The notes beneath the pieces are model-generated. The model did no database searches, had not been told where the DNA came from, and saw nothing but the letters and a program-made list of their open reading frames with translations. 64,000 nucleotides of DNA, taken from an uncultured Armatimonadetes bacterium (GTDB lineage Bacteria > Armatimonadota > UBA5829 > DTJY01). Below, piece by piece: positions 29,603 through 39,581 of the stretch; positions within the stretch are counted from its first letter, which is position 1; each line of letters starts with the position of its first letter. The position numbers and the translations under genes are program-made. The stretch spans positions 2,624,001 to 2,688,000 of the forward strand of contig OY970325.1 of NCBI GenBank assembly GCA_963717145.1, given 5' to 3'.

Positions 29603-30625
29603 ATGAAGAAGCGTGAACCCGATTTCGAGCAATTCCTGAAGGTCCTGACGAGAAGCGGCAGACCCGATCACCTGCCCTTCTATGAGCACGTCGCCAGCTC
29701 GGGGTTCATCGCGAGACGCACCGGTGTTCCGTTCGACAGGATCGGCCCGGATGACGAGCGATTCTGGCCGACCTACGTCGACTTCTGGCTCGGGATGGGC
29801 TACGACTGCATCCCCATGGAGATCGGCCCGAACCTTCCACTTCCCGCGGGGCATCACCAGCTCTCCGAGGGGAGCGAGGCATTCGCCGTCATCCGCTCGA
29901 TGGAGGATTTCGAGAAGTACCCCTGGCCGGACGTGTCGAATCCGATCGACTTCAGCCATTTCGAGACGGTCGCGAAGTTGCTCCCCGATGGCGCAAAGAT
30001 CGTCGGCGGAGTATGCGCCGGGCCTTACGAGTGGGTGTCGCGGATGATGGGCACAATCGGGCTCTCATATGCAATCGCCGATGACATGGAACTCGTGGGC
30101 CTGATGTTCGAGAAGATCGGCAGCCTCCACCACAGCGCCGACCGTCAGCTTGCGACCATGGACTGCATCGGCGCGCTCAGGCAGGGCGACGATCTCGGGT
30201 TCAAGACATCGACGTTCCTCAGTCCGGAGTACCTCCGCCGCTGGGTATTCCCGATCTACCGGAAGATGGCCGCCGAGGCGCACAATGCCGGGAAGCCGTT
30301 CATCCTCCACTCCTGCGGCAACCTCGCGGAGGTCTACGACGACATCATCGGCTGCGGTGTGGACGCCAAGCACTCGTTCGAGGACGCGATCATGCCGGTC
30401 GCGGAGTTCAAGCGCGAATACGGCGACCGGGTGACGGCGCTCGGCGGGCTCGATGTGGACGTGATCTGCCGGAGTTCGGAGTCCGATCTGCGGGCATACG
30501 CACGGAAGGCGATCGAGGAGTGCTTCGCGGACGGATTCTGGGCGCTCGGCACGGGGAATTCGCTCACGGACTACATGCCGGTGGAGAACTACCTGGCGCT
30601 CTTGGATGAGGGAATGAACGTGTAG
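29603..30625 (+). CDS. Uroporphyrinogen decarboxylase / MtaA-like family protein
   Basis: GDDLGFKTST..SP, LHSCGN, DAKHSFED, LGGLDVD, LGTGNS. Confidence 0.85.
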   Translation: MKKREPDFEQFLKVLTRSGRPDHLPFYEHVASSGFIARRTGVPFDRIGPDDERFWPTYVDFWLGMGYDCIPMEIGPNLPLPAGHHQLSEGSEAFAVIRSMEDFEKYPWPDVSNPIDFSHFETVAKLLPDGAKIVGGVCAGPYEWVSRMMGTIGLSYAIADDMELVGLMFEKIGSLHHSADRQLATMDCIGALRQGDDLGFKTSTFLSPEYLRRWVFPIYRKMAAEAHNAGKPFILHSCGNLAEVYDDIIGCGVDAKHSFEDAIMPVAEFKREYGDRVTALGGLDVDVICRSSESDLRAYARKAIEECFADGFWALGTGNSLTDYMPVENYLALLDEGMNV

Positions 30626-30716
30626 GAGGTATTTTCCGGGATGATTGTGCCCGGTAATCCCGACCGCATGTCATTCGGGATTACCGGGCACAATCATCCC
30701 GGAAAATCCCTCCTAC
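30622..30716. repeat. Long GTAG palindrome between convergent genes
   Basis: Near-identical to 29452-29546; contains both flanking stop codons. Confidence 0.9.
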
Positions 30717-31762
30717 CGCCAACTGGGCGTGCAGGCGTTGTCGGCGATCTTGTACTTCCCCGAGCCGTCGGCGTTCATGATCCAGAGCGAGCAGTGGTCG
30801 GACATCTCGGCGAACGAACCGGGACTCCAGTCCAGGTACTTCTCATCGGTCAGGCTGTAGATGATCTGCTTGCCGTCCGGGGACCAGTCGACCATGTTGT
30901 GGCCCGCCTTGCCGACATCCGCCAGTTTCTTCAGCGCGTTGCCCTGACTATCGCGCAGCCAGATGCCGCGCTCGTTTGGCTCGCAGGTCCAGCACTCCTC
31001 GACGGAGAGCAGCCGGTTCGCCTGGTCGTTCCATCGCAGGCAGTAGACGACTGAGTCAGGCATCGACTGAAGACGCTTCAGGCCCGATCCATCCGCGTTC
31101 ATCCGGTAAATGTCGAGTTGGGGCGCGTCCACGAGCCACTTGGTCGCGGCCGTGAATATCATCTGCTTACCGTCGGAGGAGAAGTCGGCTGCCTGGCCGG
31201 AGGTGAACTCGACGGGACCCTCGACGAACTGCTGGACGAACTTTGCCTTCCTGCTCACTTCCATCCACGTCTTCATGGGAGGATACGGCTCTGCGTCCCG
31301 CATCACCACTTCCAGAGTAGGAGAGACATCCGACTCGAGGTAGTGCTTCATCACCAGTAGCCCTGTGTTATCAGGCAGCCAGGCGACAGACAAGAGCGGG
31401 GACAGGTTCTCCGCCTTGGTAATCGGATGTGAGTACTTGCCGTCAGGAGTGGCGATCCAGATATCGGCGCTCGCCCAATAGTAATCGGGTTTGGATGCGT
31501 TCGTGAACGCGACGCGGGCACCGTCATGCGACCAGAGTGGGAAGGCGTTTCGGCCGTCGTTCGTCAGTCGGCGGAAATGCTTGCCATCGAGCGTGACGGT
31601 GTAGATGTCACCCTTGTGGGCGAAGGCGATGTCGCCGACAGGGCCTCCCGGTTTCGAGAGAACCATCACGGAGAGCGGACCCGTACTGAAGGGCTTCGGC
31701 TGGGCGGCTGAACCGACAGCCGAGGTACAAAGCAGCAGGAGAACGAGAACGTGACGCAACAT
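30713..31762 (-). CDS. Secreted TolB/PD40-repeat beta-propeller protein
   Basis: Signal peptide; WSHDGARVAF, FSSDGKQMIF, WSPDGKQIIY, MNADGSG repeats. Confidence 0.85.
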   Translation of the reverse strand: MLRHVLVLLLLCTSAVGSAAQPKPFSTGPLSVMVLSKPGGPVGDIAFAHKGDIYTVTLDGKHFRRLTNDGRNAFPLWSHDGARVAFTNASKPDYYWASADIWIATPDGKYSHPITKAENLSPLLSVAWLPDNTGLLVMKHYLESDVSPTLEVVMRDAEPYPPMKTWMEVSRKAKFVQQFVEGPVEFTSGQAADFSSDGKQMIFTAATKWLVDAPQLDIYRMNADGSGLKRLQSMPDSVVYCLRWNDQANRLLSVEECWTCEPNERGIWLRDSQGNALKKLADVGKAGHNMVDWSPDGKQIIYSLTDEKYLDWSPGSFAEMSDHCSLWIMNADGSGKYKIADNACTPSWR

Positions 31763-31806
31763 GACAATCACCCCTGCATGGTGATACGCACCGAAGAGCC
31801 GCCTTG

Positions 31807-32430
31807 TTACATCCCCTTCTTCGGCCCGGGACGACGTATCTCGGGCATGACACCACACGCGTGACATCTGGGGATCCGCATGGCCGACCCACCGCCGCAC
31901 TGTGGGCACGCGATGAAATCAGGGACGCCGAGCGCATTGTAGAAGAAGCTGACCCAGATGTCCGCGACGACCCACTCGGGGACATCGAGCCGCCCCTGCT
32001 GGTCGAATTGCAGCAGGTCGACCGCGGTCCGACATGTGGCGTCGAGGAAACACCAGAGCGAGTCGAAAGAAGACACGTGCCCGAGCGACGGCGCGCTGCC
32101 GAAGACTTCTTCGTCGCTTTCGACCCTAGGCTCCCAGACCTTCTCCACATGTGGCTCCGACTCGAGGCCTCTGAGGAACTCCGACAGGTCGTCTCGTAGC
32201 CCGTCGAGCGACTCGGGGGCTACTTTGAATCGCAGCCACAGGGAATCGCCGTACTCATCGCCCTCGACCCAGTGGCGCACGAAGTAGAAGAACTTGGATC
32301 GCCCGGCGAATCGCTCTCTGATTGCAGAGATGTGACGGACGATGAAGACGTTCTCCAGATCCGTGCGTTTCTGATGCTCATGAACCGTGACGATGAACAG
32401 CAGGATGTCCCTCGCGGACGAGTCTGCCAT
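31807..32430 (-). CDS. Hypothetical protein, possible lantibiotic-dehydratase C-terminal-like domain + Zn ribbon
   Basis: FYFVRHW...LWLRF motif; CPQC...CHAC; GGAGG RBS. Confidence 0.55.
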   Translation of the reverse strand: MADSSARDILLFIVTVHEHQKRTDLENVFIVRHISAIRERFAGRSKFFYFVRHWVEGDEYGDSLWLRFKVAPESLDGLRDDLSEFLRGLESEPHVEKVWEPRVESDEEVFGSAPSLGHVSSFDSLWCFLDATCRTAVDLLQFDQQGRLDVPEWVVADIWVSFFYNALGVPDFIACPQCGGGSAMRIPRCHACGVMPEIRRPGPKKGM

Positions 32431-32694
32431 GAAGAATCCTCCAATCGTGGCAGGGTACTACATATCAGTTCGCCGCAGACAAGCTATCTCCTTCGGACCG
32501 TGTGCCCGGCTCGCCAAAAGTTCCGTGGCATCGAGGCAGGAAACCGATGGCTCAACGTCGTAACTCCCAGTGTTAGCACAGCAGCCCGATCATCGGCTGA
32601 CAACAAGGCCACCACTTCCGGTTTCCGCCTGCACCTGTCGCAGACGGCTATTGACACACGCGGCCCAGCGCCGCGCAAAGGAGGATGGTGGTTC

Positions 32695-34328
32695 ATGAAG
32701 ACAGCCGCCCGCATCGCTCTCTGTGTCCTGGTGGCAATGATCGCCGCCGGACCCGCATTCGCAATCCGCATCTACCTCAACCCCAGCGATCAGGTAAACA
32801 ATGTAAGTCCCGATGGCACTTACAACGAGTCGTACTCGTGCCGAGACGTCGCATGGAGGCTCACGTACAAGCTCCAGGACAGGGGATTCGAAGTCTGGAA
32901 CTCCGACGGAGCGTCCATGTCCGCCTCGTGCAACCAGGCGAACTCCTGGCCCGCCGACCGGTTCGTCTCGATCCATACGAACGCCGGAGCCGGTGGTTGG
33001 GATCCGGGCACGGTTCGATGTCGCTGTACTATCAGTCGTCAGGCGGCTGGGTCGACGTCGACGGCCGTGACCTTGCCTACAAGTGCACCGCCAAGTGCGT
33101 CGAGAAGTTTGGCGCATACGGCCGGGGGTACAACCGCGGCACGTTCGCCGACTATCCGTTCTACGGTTACAACCTCTATGTGCTCAACAACACGACGATG
33201 TCCGGATGCCTCGTCGAGGGCCTCTTCCACGACAACTGGGACGACGTGCAACTCCTGAAGACCGACGCGGGCAAGGAGGCATACGCCTCGGCGCTCTACG
33301 AGGCCATCTGCGATCACTATGGCTGGAGCTATTCGAACCCGCAGCCACCCACCTTTGCATCAGCGTGTACCGCCGGCCACAATCAGGATGGCAGGCAGGA
33401 GATCTTCGCCCGTGGCTGGGACAACCAGATATACCACAACTTCCAGAACGGCGATGGCTCGTGGGCCGGCTGGTACTCCCTTGGCGGCGATGTCCGCGAC
33501 ACACCCGTGGTCGCGATGAACAGCGACGGACGCATGGAAGTCTTTGCCCGCAACTGGGATGACACCGTCGCTCATTGCTGGCAAAACTCCCCCAACGGCG
33601 GCTGGTCTCAGGTCTATAGCATGGGCGGCGCGATTACCGGCAAACCGGTCATCGGCACTCTACCCGATGGACGACTCGAGGTGTTCGCGCGCGGGACGGA
33701 CGGCGCTGTGTGGCACAAGTGGCAGACCGGCGGCGGCAACTGGTCCGGCTGGTCGTCCCTCGGCGGCTGGGTCACAGACATCCCCGCGGTCGGGCGCAAT
33801 GGTGACGGCCGAATGGAGGTCTTCGCCCGCGGTTCTGACGGAGCGATCTACCAGAACTACCAACTCTGGCCCTACGGCGATTGGTCGGGCTGGTATAGCA
33901 TGGGCGGAGGAGTCGATTGGGAGCCGGCCGTCGGCAATAACGCCGATGGTCGACTGCAGATGTACGCCGTCGGCACTGACGGAGCGATCTGGAGCAGATG
34001 GCAGACCCTCCCGAATCTGGACTGGTCCGGTTGGAGCAGCATGGCAGGATGGGCCGCGCGGCCGCCGGTGATCGGCATCAATTCCGATGGACGGCAGGAG
34101 CTTTTCATACTCGTCCCCAACGGCGAGATCTGGCAGTGCTGGCAGACCACACCGAACGGAGGATGGTCCGGCTGGGCAAACATGGGCGGCGCCCTTACCG
34201 ACCCGCCGGCTGTCGGCACGATACCTGGCGGGCGCATCCAGTTGTATGCCCGCGGGACCGATGGCGCTATCTACAGCAAGTGGCAGCAAGCGGACTATAG
34301 CTGGTCTGACTGGTCAGTCATGTGGTAA
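32695..34328 (+). CDS. Secreted Amidase_3-type amidase + Trp-rich lectin-like propeller repeats (frameshift ~33000)
   Basis: IYLNPSDQ..N, FVSIHTNA, LYVL...CLVEGLFHDN; repeats W.GW.SLGG....PAV..N.DGR.EVFARG.DG. Confidence 0.8.
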
Positions 34329-34364
34329 TCGCAGTTCAATACGCTCCGAAAGGAAGAAGCAACG

Positions 34365-36524
34365 ATGACTAAGAACAACAAGAAGCTGCTGATGGGCCTG
34401 CTGGTCATCTCAGTACTCCTTGCATCAATGACCGCGGTGTTCGGCTTCGAAGGGCGCACACTCGCCAAGTACAACAGCGACCTCGATGCCAAGCTGGCAT
34501 CCGACGCAAAGCCTTGGGACAAGCCCTTGATGCCGGCATTCATGGCCGCATCGAAGGAATATCGCGTTCCCCTGCCCCTGCTTCTCACGCTCGCATACTT
34601 CGGCAGCGCGTTCGAGAACCGAGGTGGAGCGCCCACAATCGAGGGGGGATATGGCGTCATGGCACTCCGGGACAACGTCCTCGGCGGGGAGTCACTCGCG
34701 CTCGGATCGTCTCTCACGGCAGCAGGCACGGAAACGCTAAGGTGCGATCCTGAGGCCAATATCCGGGCGGCCGCTGCCGTCATCGCAGACTATGGCGGAA
34801 CCCTCAGGCAGCGACGCTCGCAGGGACTCGACGGATGGCTGAGTGCGGTCGTCAAGTACGCCGCTCTCGACCCAGAGTGCAGCAGGTTCTTCGCCATGGA
34901 GGTCTATCAGAAGCTCCAGGCGGGACTCGATTGCACGAACAGTGCCGGCGAGCGGTTCTGCTTCGGTCCGCAGAGCATCGGCAAGGTCGATCTCGATTCG
35001 CTGAAGCCGAAGGGCACGAAGGAGATCACCATCCAATCGACCGACTACGGCCCCGCGATCTGGGATCCGGCTGCGAGTTGCAACTACACCGCGACGGTGA
35101 CATCGAAGGACACGATCGCGATCCATACCATCGAGGGATCCGCGGCCGGAGCGGTGTCCTGGTTCAAGAACTGCGCCGCACAGGTGTCATCCCATTACGT
35201 CATCGGCGAAAATGGGACGGTCTGGCAGTGTGTCCGGGAGCAGTACAGAGCATGGCATGTCGGATGCTACAACAGCCGATCGATCGGCTTCGAGCACGAG
35301 GGATATGCCGGCTCTCCGTCACACCCGACGACCTTGTACAACGCATCGGCCGGAATCGCCAGGGAGATATGCAACGAGCGAGGCATTCCGAAGGCGCACA
35401 CGGGCGCGGGGCCCGGGATCATGGGCCACAATGACATCAACGTGATCTGCGGTGGCGATCACTGGGATCCGGGCGGCGGCTGGGACTGGAACTACTACAT
35501 CTCCCAGGTCAACGGCGGGCAGTTCGCCGCTCTCTCAGTCGGTCGGAATGCCGATGGACGGCTCGAGGTCTTCGCACGGGGGACCAACAGCACGATCTAC
35601 CATAACTACCAGGACTCCGGCTCTCCCGGAGGATGGTCCGGCTGGTGGAGCATGGGCGGCAGTGGAACCGATGCTCCGCAGGTCGGCACGAATACCGACG
35701 GCCGCATGGAAGTGTTCGTCAAAGGCACCGACAACCAGGTATGGCGCAACTGGCAGTTGACCCCGAGTGGCGGCTGGTCCGGATGGTATGCCATGGGCGG
35801 CTTGAACGGCTGGATCGCTGAATCGCCGGTCGTGGGTCGGAACGCCGACGGACGCCTGGAGCTATTCGGACGCGGCGGATACGGAATGATGTGCCATAAC
35901 TGGCGGAATGCGAACGGCACCTGGTCGGGATGGTACGACATGGGCTACTACGCTGCGTTTCGTCCTGCGGTCATCATGAACACCACCAACTGCCAGGAGC
36001 TGTTCGTCCGCACGACCGAGGCCTCGAACTCGATCTACCATGCCTGGCAACTCGCGCCCAACGCCGGTTGGTCTGGATGGTACAGTCTTGGCGGCGGGTT
36101 GCTCGAGGGTGTCGCCGTCATCCGAAACGTCACCGGCATCGTCGAGATATTCGCTCGAGGCGGCGGCGGAACGATCTACCACAACTGGCAGTACGCCGGC
36201 GGCCCGGGCGGATGGGCCGGCTGGTACAGCATGGGCGGGGTCGGGGCATCGATGCCGAGCGTGGGCATGAATGCCGACGGACGCGCGGAGGCCTTTGTTC
36301 GTGGCACGAACAACCAGGTCTACCATGCATGGCAGAACAATCCGGGCGGATCGGCCGGTTGGTCGGGCTGGTACAGTCTCGGTGGATCAGGAGCGGAGTC
36401 GCCGATTGTCGGCACGAACACCGACGGTCGCATGGAGCTGTTCCTTCGCGGCACGGACGGGCTGATCTACCACTCCTGGCAGTCGGCCCCGAACGGCGGC
36501 TGGTCGGCCTGGTTCCCGCTGTAG
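34365..36524 (+). CDS. Secreted Amidase_2-type amidase + Trp-rich lectin-like propeller repeats
   Basis: IAIHTIEG, SSHYVI, AWHVG..NSRSIGFEHEG, GH...HWDPG..WDW; seven W.GW..MGG repeats. Confidence 0.88.
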   Translation: MTKNNKKLLMGLLVISVLLASMTAVFGFEGRTLAKYNSDLDAKLASDAKPWDKPLMPAFMAASKEYRVPLPLLLTLAYFGSAFENRGGAPTIEGGYGVMALRDNVLGGESLALGSSLTAAGTETLRCDPEANIRAAAAVIADYGGTLRQRRSQGLDGWLSAVVKYAALDPECSRFFAMEVYQKLQAGLDCTNSAGERFCFGPQSIGKVDLDSLKPKGTKEITIQSTDYGPAIWDPAASCNYTATVTSKDTIAIHTIEGSAAGAVSWFKNCAAQVSSHYVIGENGTVWQCVREQYRAWHVGCYNSRSIGFEHEGYAGSPSHPTTLYNASAGIAREICNERGIPKAHTGAGPGIMGHNDINVICGGDHWDPGGGWDWNYYISQVNGGQFAALSVGRNADGRLEVFARGTNSTIYHNYQDSGSPGGWSGWWSMGGSGTDAPQVGTNTDGRMEVFVKGTDNQVWRNWQLTPSGGWSGWYAMGGLNGWIAESPVVGRNADGRLELFGRGGYGMMCHNWRNANGTWSGWYDMGYYAAFRPAVIMNTTNCQELFVRTTEASNSIYHAWQLAPNAGWSGWYSLGGGLLEGVAVIRNVTGIVEIFARGGGGTIYHNWQYAGGPGGWAGWYSMGGVGASMPSVGMNADGRAEAFVRGTNNQVYHAWQNNPGGSAGWSGWYSLGGSGAESPIVGTNTDGRMELFLRGTDGLIYHSWQSAPNGGWSAWFPL

Positions 36525-36605
36525 TCTGCATTGAATCGATAAGGCCCATACCACAGAATGTGGCACAGTCACCCCTCGGACTGTGCCACATTCGTTGGTC
36601 TGATC

Positions 36606-37466
36606 CTATTCCAACGCCCGTTTTCCGAGCTTGAGGATGTCGTCGACCTGCGCCTTCGATTCGAAGCCGATCACGATCGCATCGACGCAGTCGAGGCCGA
36701 GGACGAAGCGGAGTGACTCCTCGCGCTGGTCGGCGATCCTCCCCTCACCAAGGATTTTCATCCCGGTGACCGCCTTCCCCGCCGCGTGGAGCTTCTTCAG
36801 GACTGGGAGGACCTCCTCCGGCCTGGCATCCATCGCCGTCCCAATGGGGTTGATTCGGCAAAGCGTCGTGTCTACCCACGGGTCCTCGGCCGCCTGCTTC
36901 ATGGTGTCGAGGTCGTGGATCGAGATGCCATGCGCCCGGATCAGCTTCTTTTGCTTGGCTTCCTCCAGAAAGTCCATCACCCCGCGGAGGTCGCTCTGCC
37001 AGGTCTTGCCCGTGACGCAGTGGATCAGGAGGATGTCGATGTAATCGGTGTTCAACTCGCGGCGGAAGCGGTCGAGGCACTCACTGATATCCTGGCCATC
37101 GCGATACCAGAACTTCGACTCGAGGACATACTGATCGCGGGGAATGCCCTTGAGCGATGAGCGCAGATAGGGATGAGTGCCGTAGATGTCGGCGCAGTCG
37201 AAGTAGTTGATGCCGTGATCGAATGCATGGCGGATCATCCGGGCAAACTCGACGGTGCCGAGCTTCGTCTGATTCGACTGCTTCTTCCAGCCCTTGGTGC
37301 CGGTCCCGAACCCGAGGTACGACACCTTGATGCCGGTCTTCCCAAGCTCGACCCGATCCGCGAGCGACTTGATTCGTGGTCCGGCGAGCAGATCGCCTGC
37401 TGACAGGGCTGCGCCTGCTGCGATCGATCCTGCGATGAACTGCCTTCTTGTGAGTTTAGGGGACAT
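36606..37466 (-). CDS. Aldo/keto reductase with Tat signal
   Basis: TRRQFI; LGKTGIKVS.LGFGT, GINYFDCADIYG, TDYIDILLIH. Confidence 0.9.
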   Translation of the reverse strand: MSPKLTRRQFIAGSIAAGAALSAGDLLAGPRIKSLADRVELGKTGIKVSYLGFGTGTKGWKKQSNQTKLGTVEFARMIRHAFDHGINYFDCADIYGTHPYLRSSLKGIPRDQYVLESKFWYRDGQDISECLDRFRRELNTDYIDILLIHCVTGKTWQSDLRGVMDFLEEAKQKKLIRAHGISIHDLDTMKQAAEDPWVDTTLCRINPIGTAMDARPEEVLPVLKKLHAAGKAVTGMKILGEGRIADQREESLRFVLGLDCVDAIVIGFESKAQVDDILKLGKRALE

Positions 37467-37512
37467 TGTTGCTCCCGCGTCCGTCCCATGGGACTCATGG
37501 GACACATTGGAC

Positions 37513-39009
37513 CTATGGACTCTTGAACCTGATTATACTGACGACGGCGTTCGAGCCGGGTTTCAGGTTCTTCATCACGACCGGGATGCGGCCGTCAGCG
37601 GTGTCGGAGGCCGAAACCGGGACCTCGATCCACTTGCCCGCCTGGAAGCTCTCATACTCGCCGATCAGCCGCCCCTCGACCGAGACCGACTGCCGGCGTC
37701 CACCGGTGAAGTTATCGCCGTCGAGGATGAACAGCCTGAGCGTCCCCGATGCCCCCTTGGGACAGGTAATATCGAACTCGAGCGATGTACCGTCAGCCCA
37801 GCAATGCTTGATCTCGGAGGTCCAGGGGCTGCCTTCGAAGCCGTAGCCATTCTTGAAGGCGAAGTCCCAGCCGTCCGCCAGGTACTGGTCCTCGCCACCC
37901 ATCTTACCGCACATCAGGACGAGCGTCTCGCCGGGTTCATGCGCGCCCTCGACAGGCGTGAGCTTCGAGGGCCGACGTGATTTCGGCATCGGCGCGAATG
38001 CCTCATGCGGCTCTTTCTGATACCAGTAGGCCACGCTCGAGAACTCGAGCGGGTTCTCCGGCTTGGAGAAGGTCTCCAGGAAGAATGTCTCGGCGGCCCC
38101 GAAAGCAACGCTCACCCGAAGCGACTTCTTGAACGCGATCCGATCGTTCAGGGTGAACCGGTATGCCGCTATACCGTTGTAGTAGGGCTGGAATCCCGTG
38201 TACATGAAGCTGTTCGGCTGCTCCGGGAACCCCCAACTGAAGCCGAACGAGTCCTCGATGCCCTGCCACGAGATCGAGGGATCCTTCTCGCCGTCAATGC
38301 GGAAATCGACGTTCTGGTCGACGGGCAGCCAGGTCGAAGCATTGAGAGTCCGAAACGTGCAGTTCCAGCCGATGAACTGCCCCCTGCCCTCCATCTCGGC
38401 GACCTTGTAGGGCTCGCTGGCGAGCAGGACCGACTTCTGACGCCACTGCGCGTGGAAGTAGCCCGCGTCGTCCGGGAGCGCCTTCACGGTGCGGTAAATG
38501 ACGTAACTGTAGCATGGATTCGCGCTCCACGACCCGTTCGGATACCGCTGATTGTCCATCTCCAATTCGACCTTGGCCGACTTGGCGAACGGCATCGGGA
38601 AGTAGCAGTTCCATCCGCGCTTCTTGTTCGTGAGGGCGGTCTCCACTCGCTCCAGAGTGCCGTTCGGGTCGCAGAAGAAGTCGACCAGCGGCGACTCGAC
38701 GCTCGCGGACTTCTCGCCGTCCCAGTAGATGCGCAGGATGGTATCGCGGTTCAGGCGCATGGCCTGTGGGAGGGCGAAATGGATCATGGTGATGATCCCC
38801 GGGCCCTTGAGATCGGCGATCGTGACCTTCGTCTTGCCCTCTCCGAACTGCATCTCCGGGGGATTCTCACCCCAGAGCGCGTTGACCTGCTTCGTCTCGC
38901 CGTCCTGGATGCGATAGAGGGAGTCAAGCTGCGGCACGAGGTCGGGAGCCTGCCCGCAGACGGGGATCATTGACAACACGAGCAGAGTGATACACAGTAC
39001 GGTTCTCAT
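37513..39009 (-). CDS. DUF2961 (GH172-like) secreted glycoside hydrolase
   Basis: GPGII, LRIYWDGE..SVESPL.DFF, NCYFPMPFAKSA, YFHAQW, SSVAYWYQ. Confidence 0.8.
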   Translation of the reverse strand: MRTVLCITLLVLSMIPVCGQAPDLVPQLDSLYRIQDGETKQVNALWGENPPEMQFGEGKTKVTIADLKGPGIITMIHFALPQAMRLNRDTILRIYWDGEKSASVESPLVDFFCDPNGTLERVETALTNKKRGWNCYFPMPFAKSAKVELEMDNQRYPNGSWSANPCYSYVIYRTVKALPDDAGYFHAQWRQKSVLLASEPYKVAEMEGRGQFIGWNCTFRTLNASTWLPVDQNVDFRIDGEKDPSISWQGIEDSFGFSWGFPEQPNSFMYTGFQPYYNGIAAYRFTLNDRIAFKKSLRVSVAFGAAETFFLETFSKPENPLEFSSVAYWYQKEPHEAFAPMPKSRRPSKLTPVEGAHEPGETLVLMCGKMGGEDQYLADGWDFAFKNGYGFEGSPWTSEIKHCWADGTSLEFDITCPKGASGTLRLFILDGDNFTGGRRQSVSVEGRLIGEYESFQAGKWIEVPVSASDTADGRIPVVMKNLKPGSNAVVSIIRFKSP

Positions 39010-39049
39010 CCTGAACACCTCACCTCCGGTCATTCTGACTTTCTCTCGT

Positions 39050-39454
39050 TTACGGTCGATTGATGAAGAACGCGGACGCCTGAAGGGCCGTGATCACCAT
39101 AGCCAGGATCACGACTGTCACCGCGTTGCCGGTTTGCATCGTGCGCTTGCCCTCTGCATTCTTCGGCGAGAAGAGGGATACCAACAGGAGCACGAGTTCG
39201 AATCCGGGGAACAACGCGAAGACGACCCATTTGGAAACCAGGTTGTAGGGCTGCACCGATCCGGTCCATCCAGAGGGAATCTGCGCGGGAAGCCTGGGGA
39301 AAACGATGAACGCCATCACGAGTTGTGCGATCAAGCCGAGCACGATCGCCCATATTGCGACCTGGTAGCCCGTGTGAGTGGAGACCGGCTCTTTCGGCGC
39401 GGGCCTTGCGCTCGTCGTCTCTGTTTTCGTCTGAGTTCTCTTCTTCTTTGCCAT
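39050..39454 (-). CDS. Small membrane protein (DUF1648-like)
   Basis: Three TM segments; PRLPAQIP..W motif. Confidence 0.65.
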   Translation of the reverse strand: MAKKKRTQTKTETTSARPAPKEPVSTHTGYQVAIWAIVLGLIAQLVMAFIVFPRLPAQIPSGWTGSVQPYNLVSKWVVFALFPGFELVLLLVSLFSPKNAEGKRTMQTGNAVTVVILAMVITALQASAFFINRP

Positions 39455-39545
39455 GTCACGCTCCATCTAGACCGCGGACGGCGGTCTCCGGTTGACTGCC
39501 TGCCGTGTTTTCCCTTACCATAGGCTTGGCCGTCCGTTCTGGGTG

Positions 39546-39576
39546 ATTATATCACACCCGTCGGTCCGGCGCGCAA
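39546..39576 (-). promoter_or_regulatory. Predicted promoter TTGCGC-19-TATAAT with extended TG
   Basis: Minus strand ttgcgc...tgaTATAAT upstream of the 39454 gene; spacer is long. Confidence 0.5.
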
Positions 39577-39581
39577 CTAAC

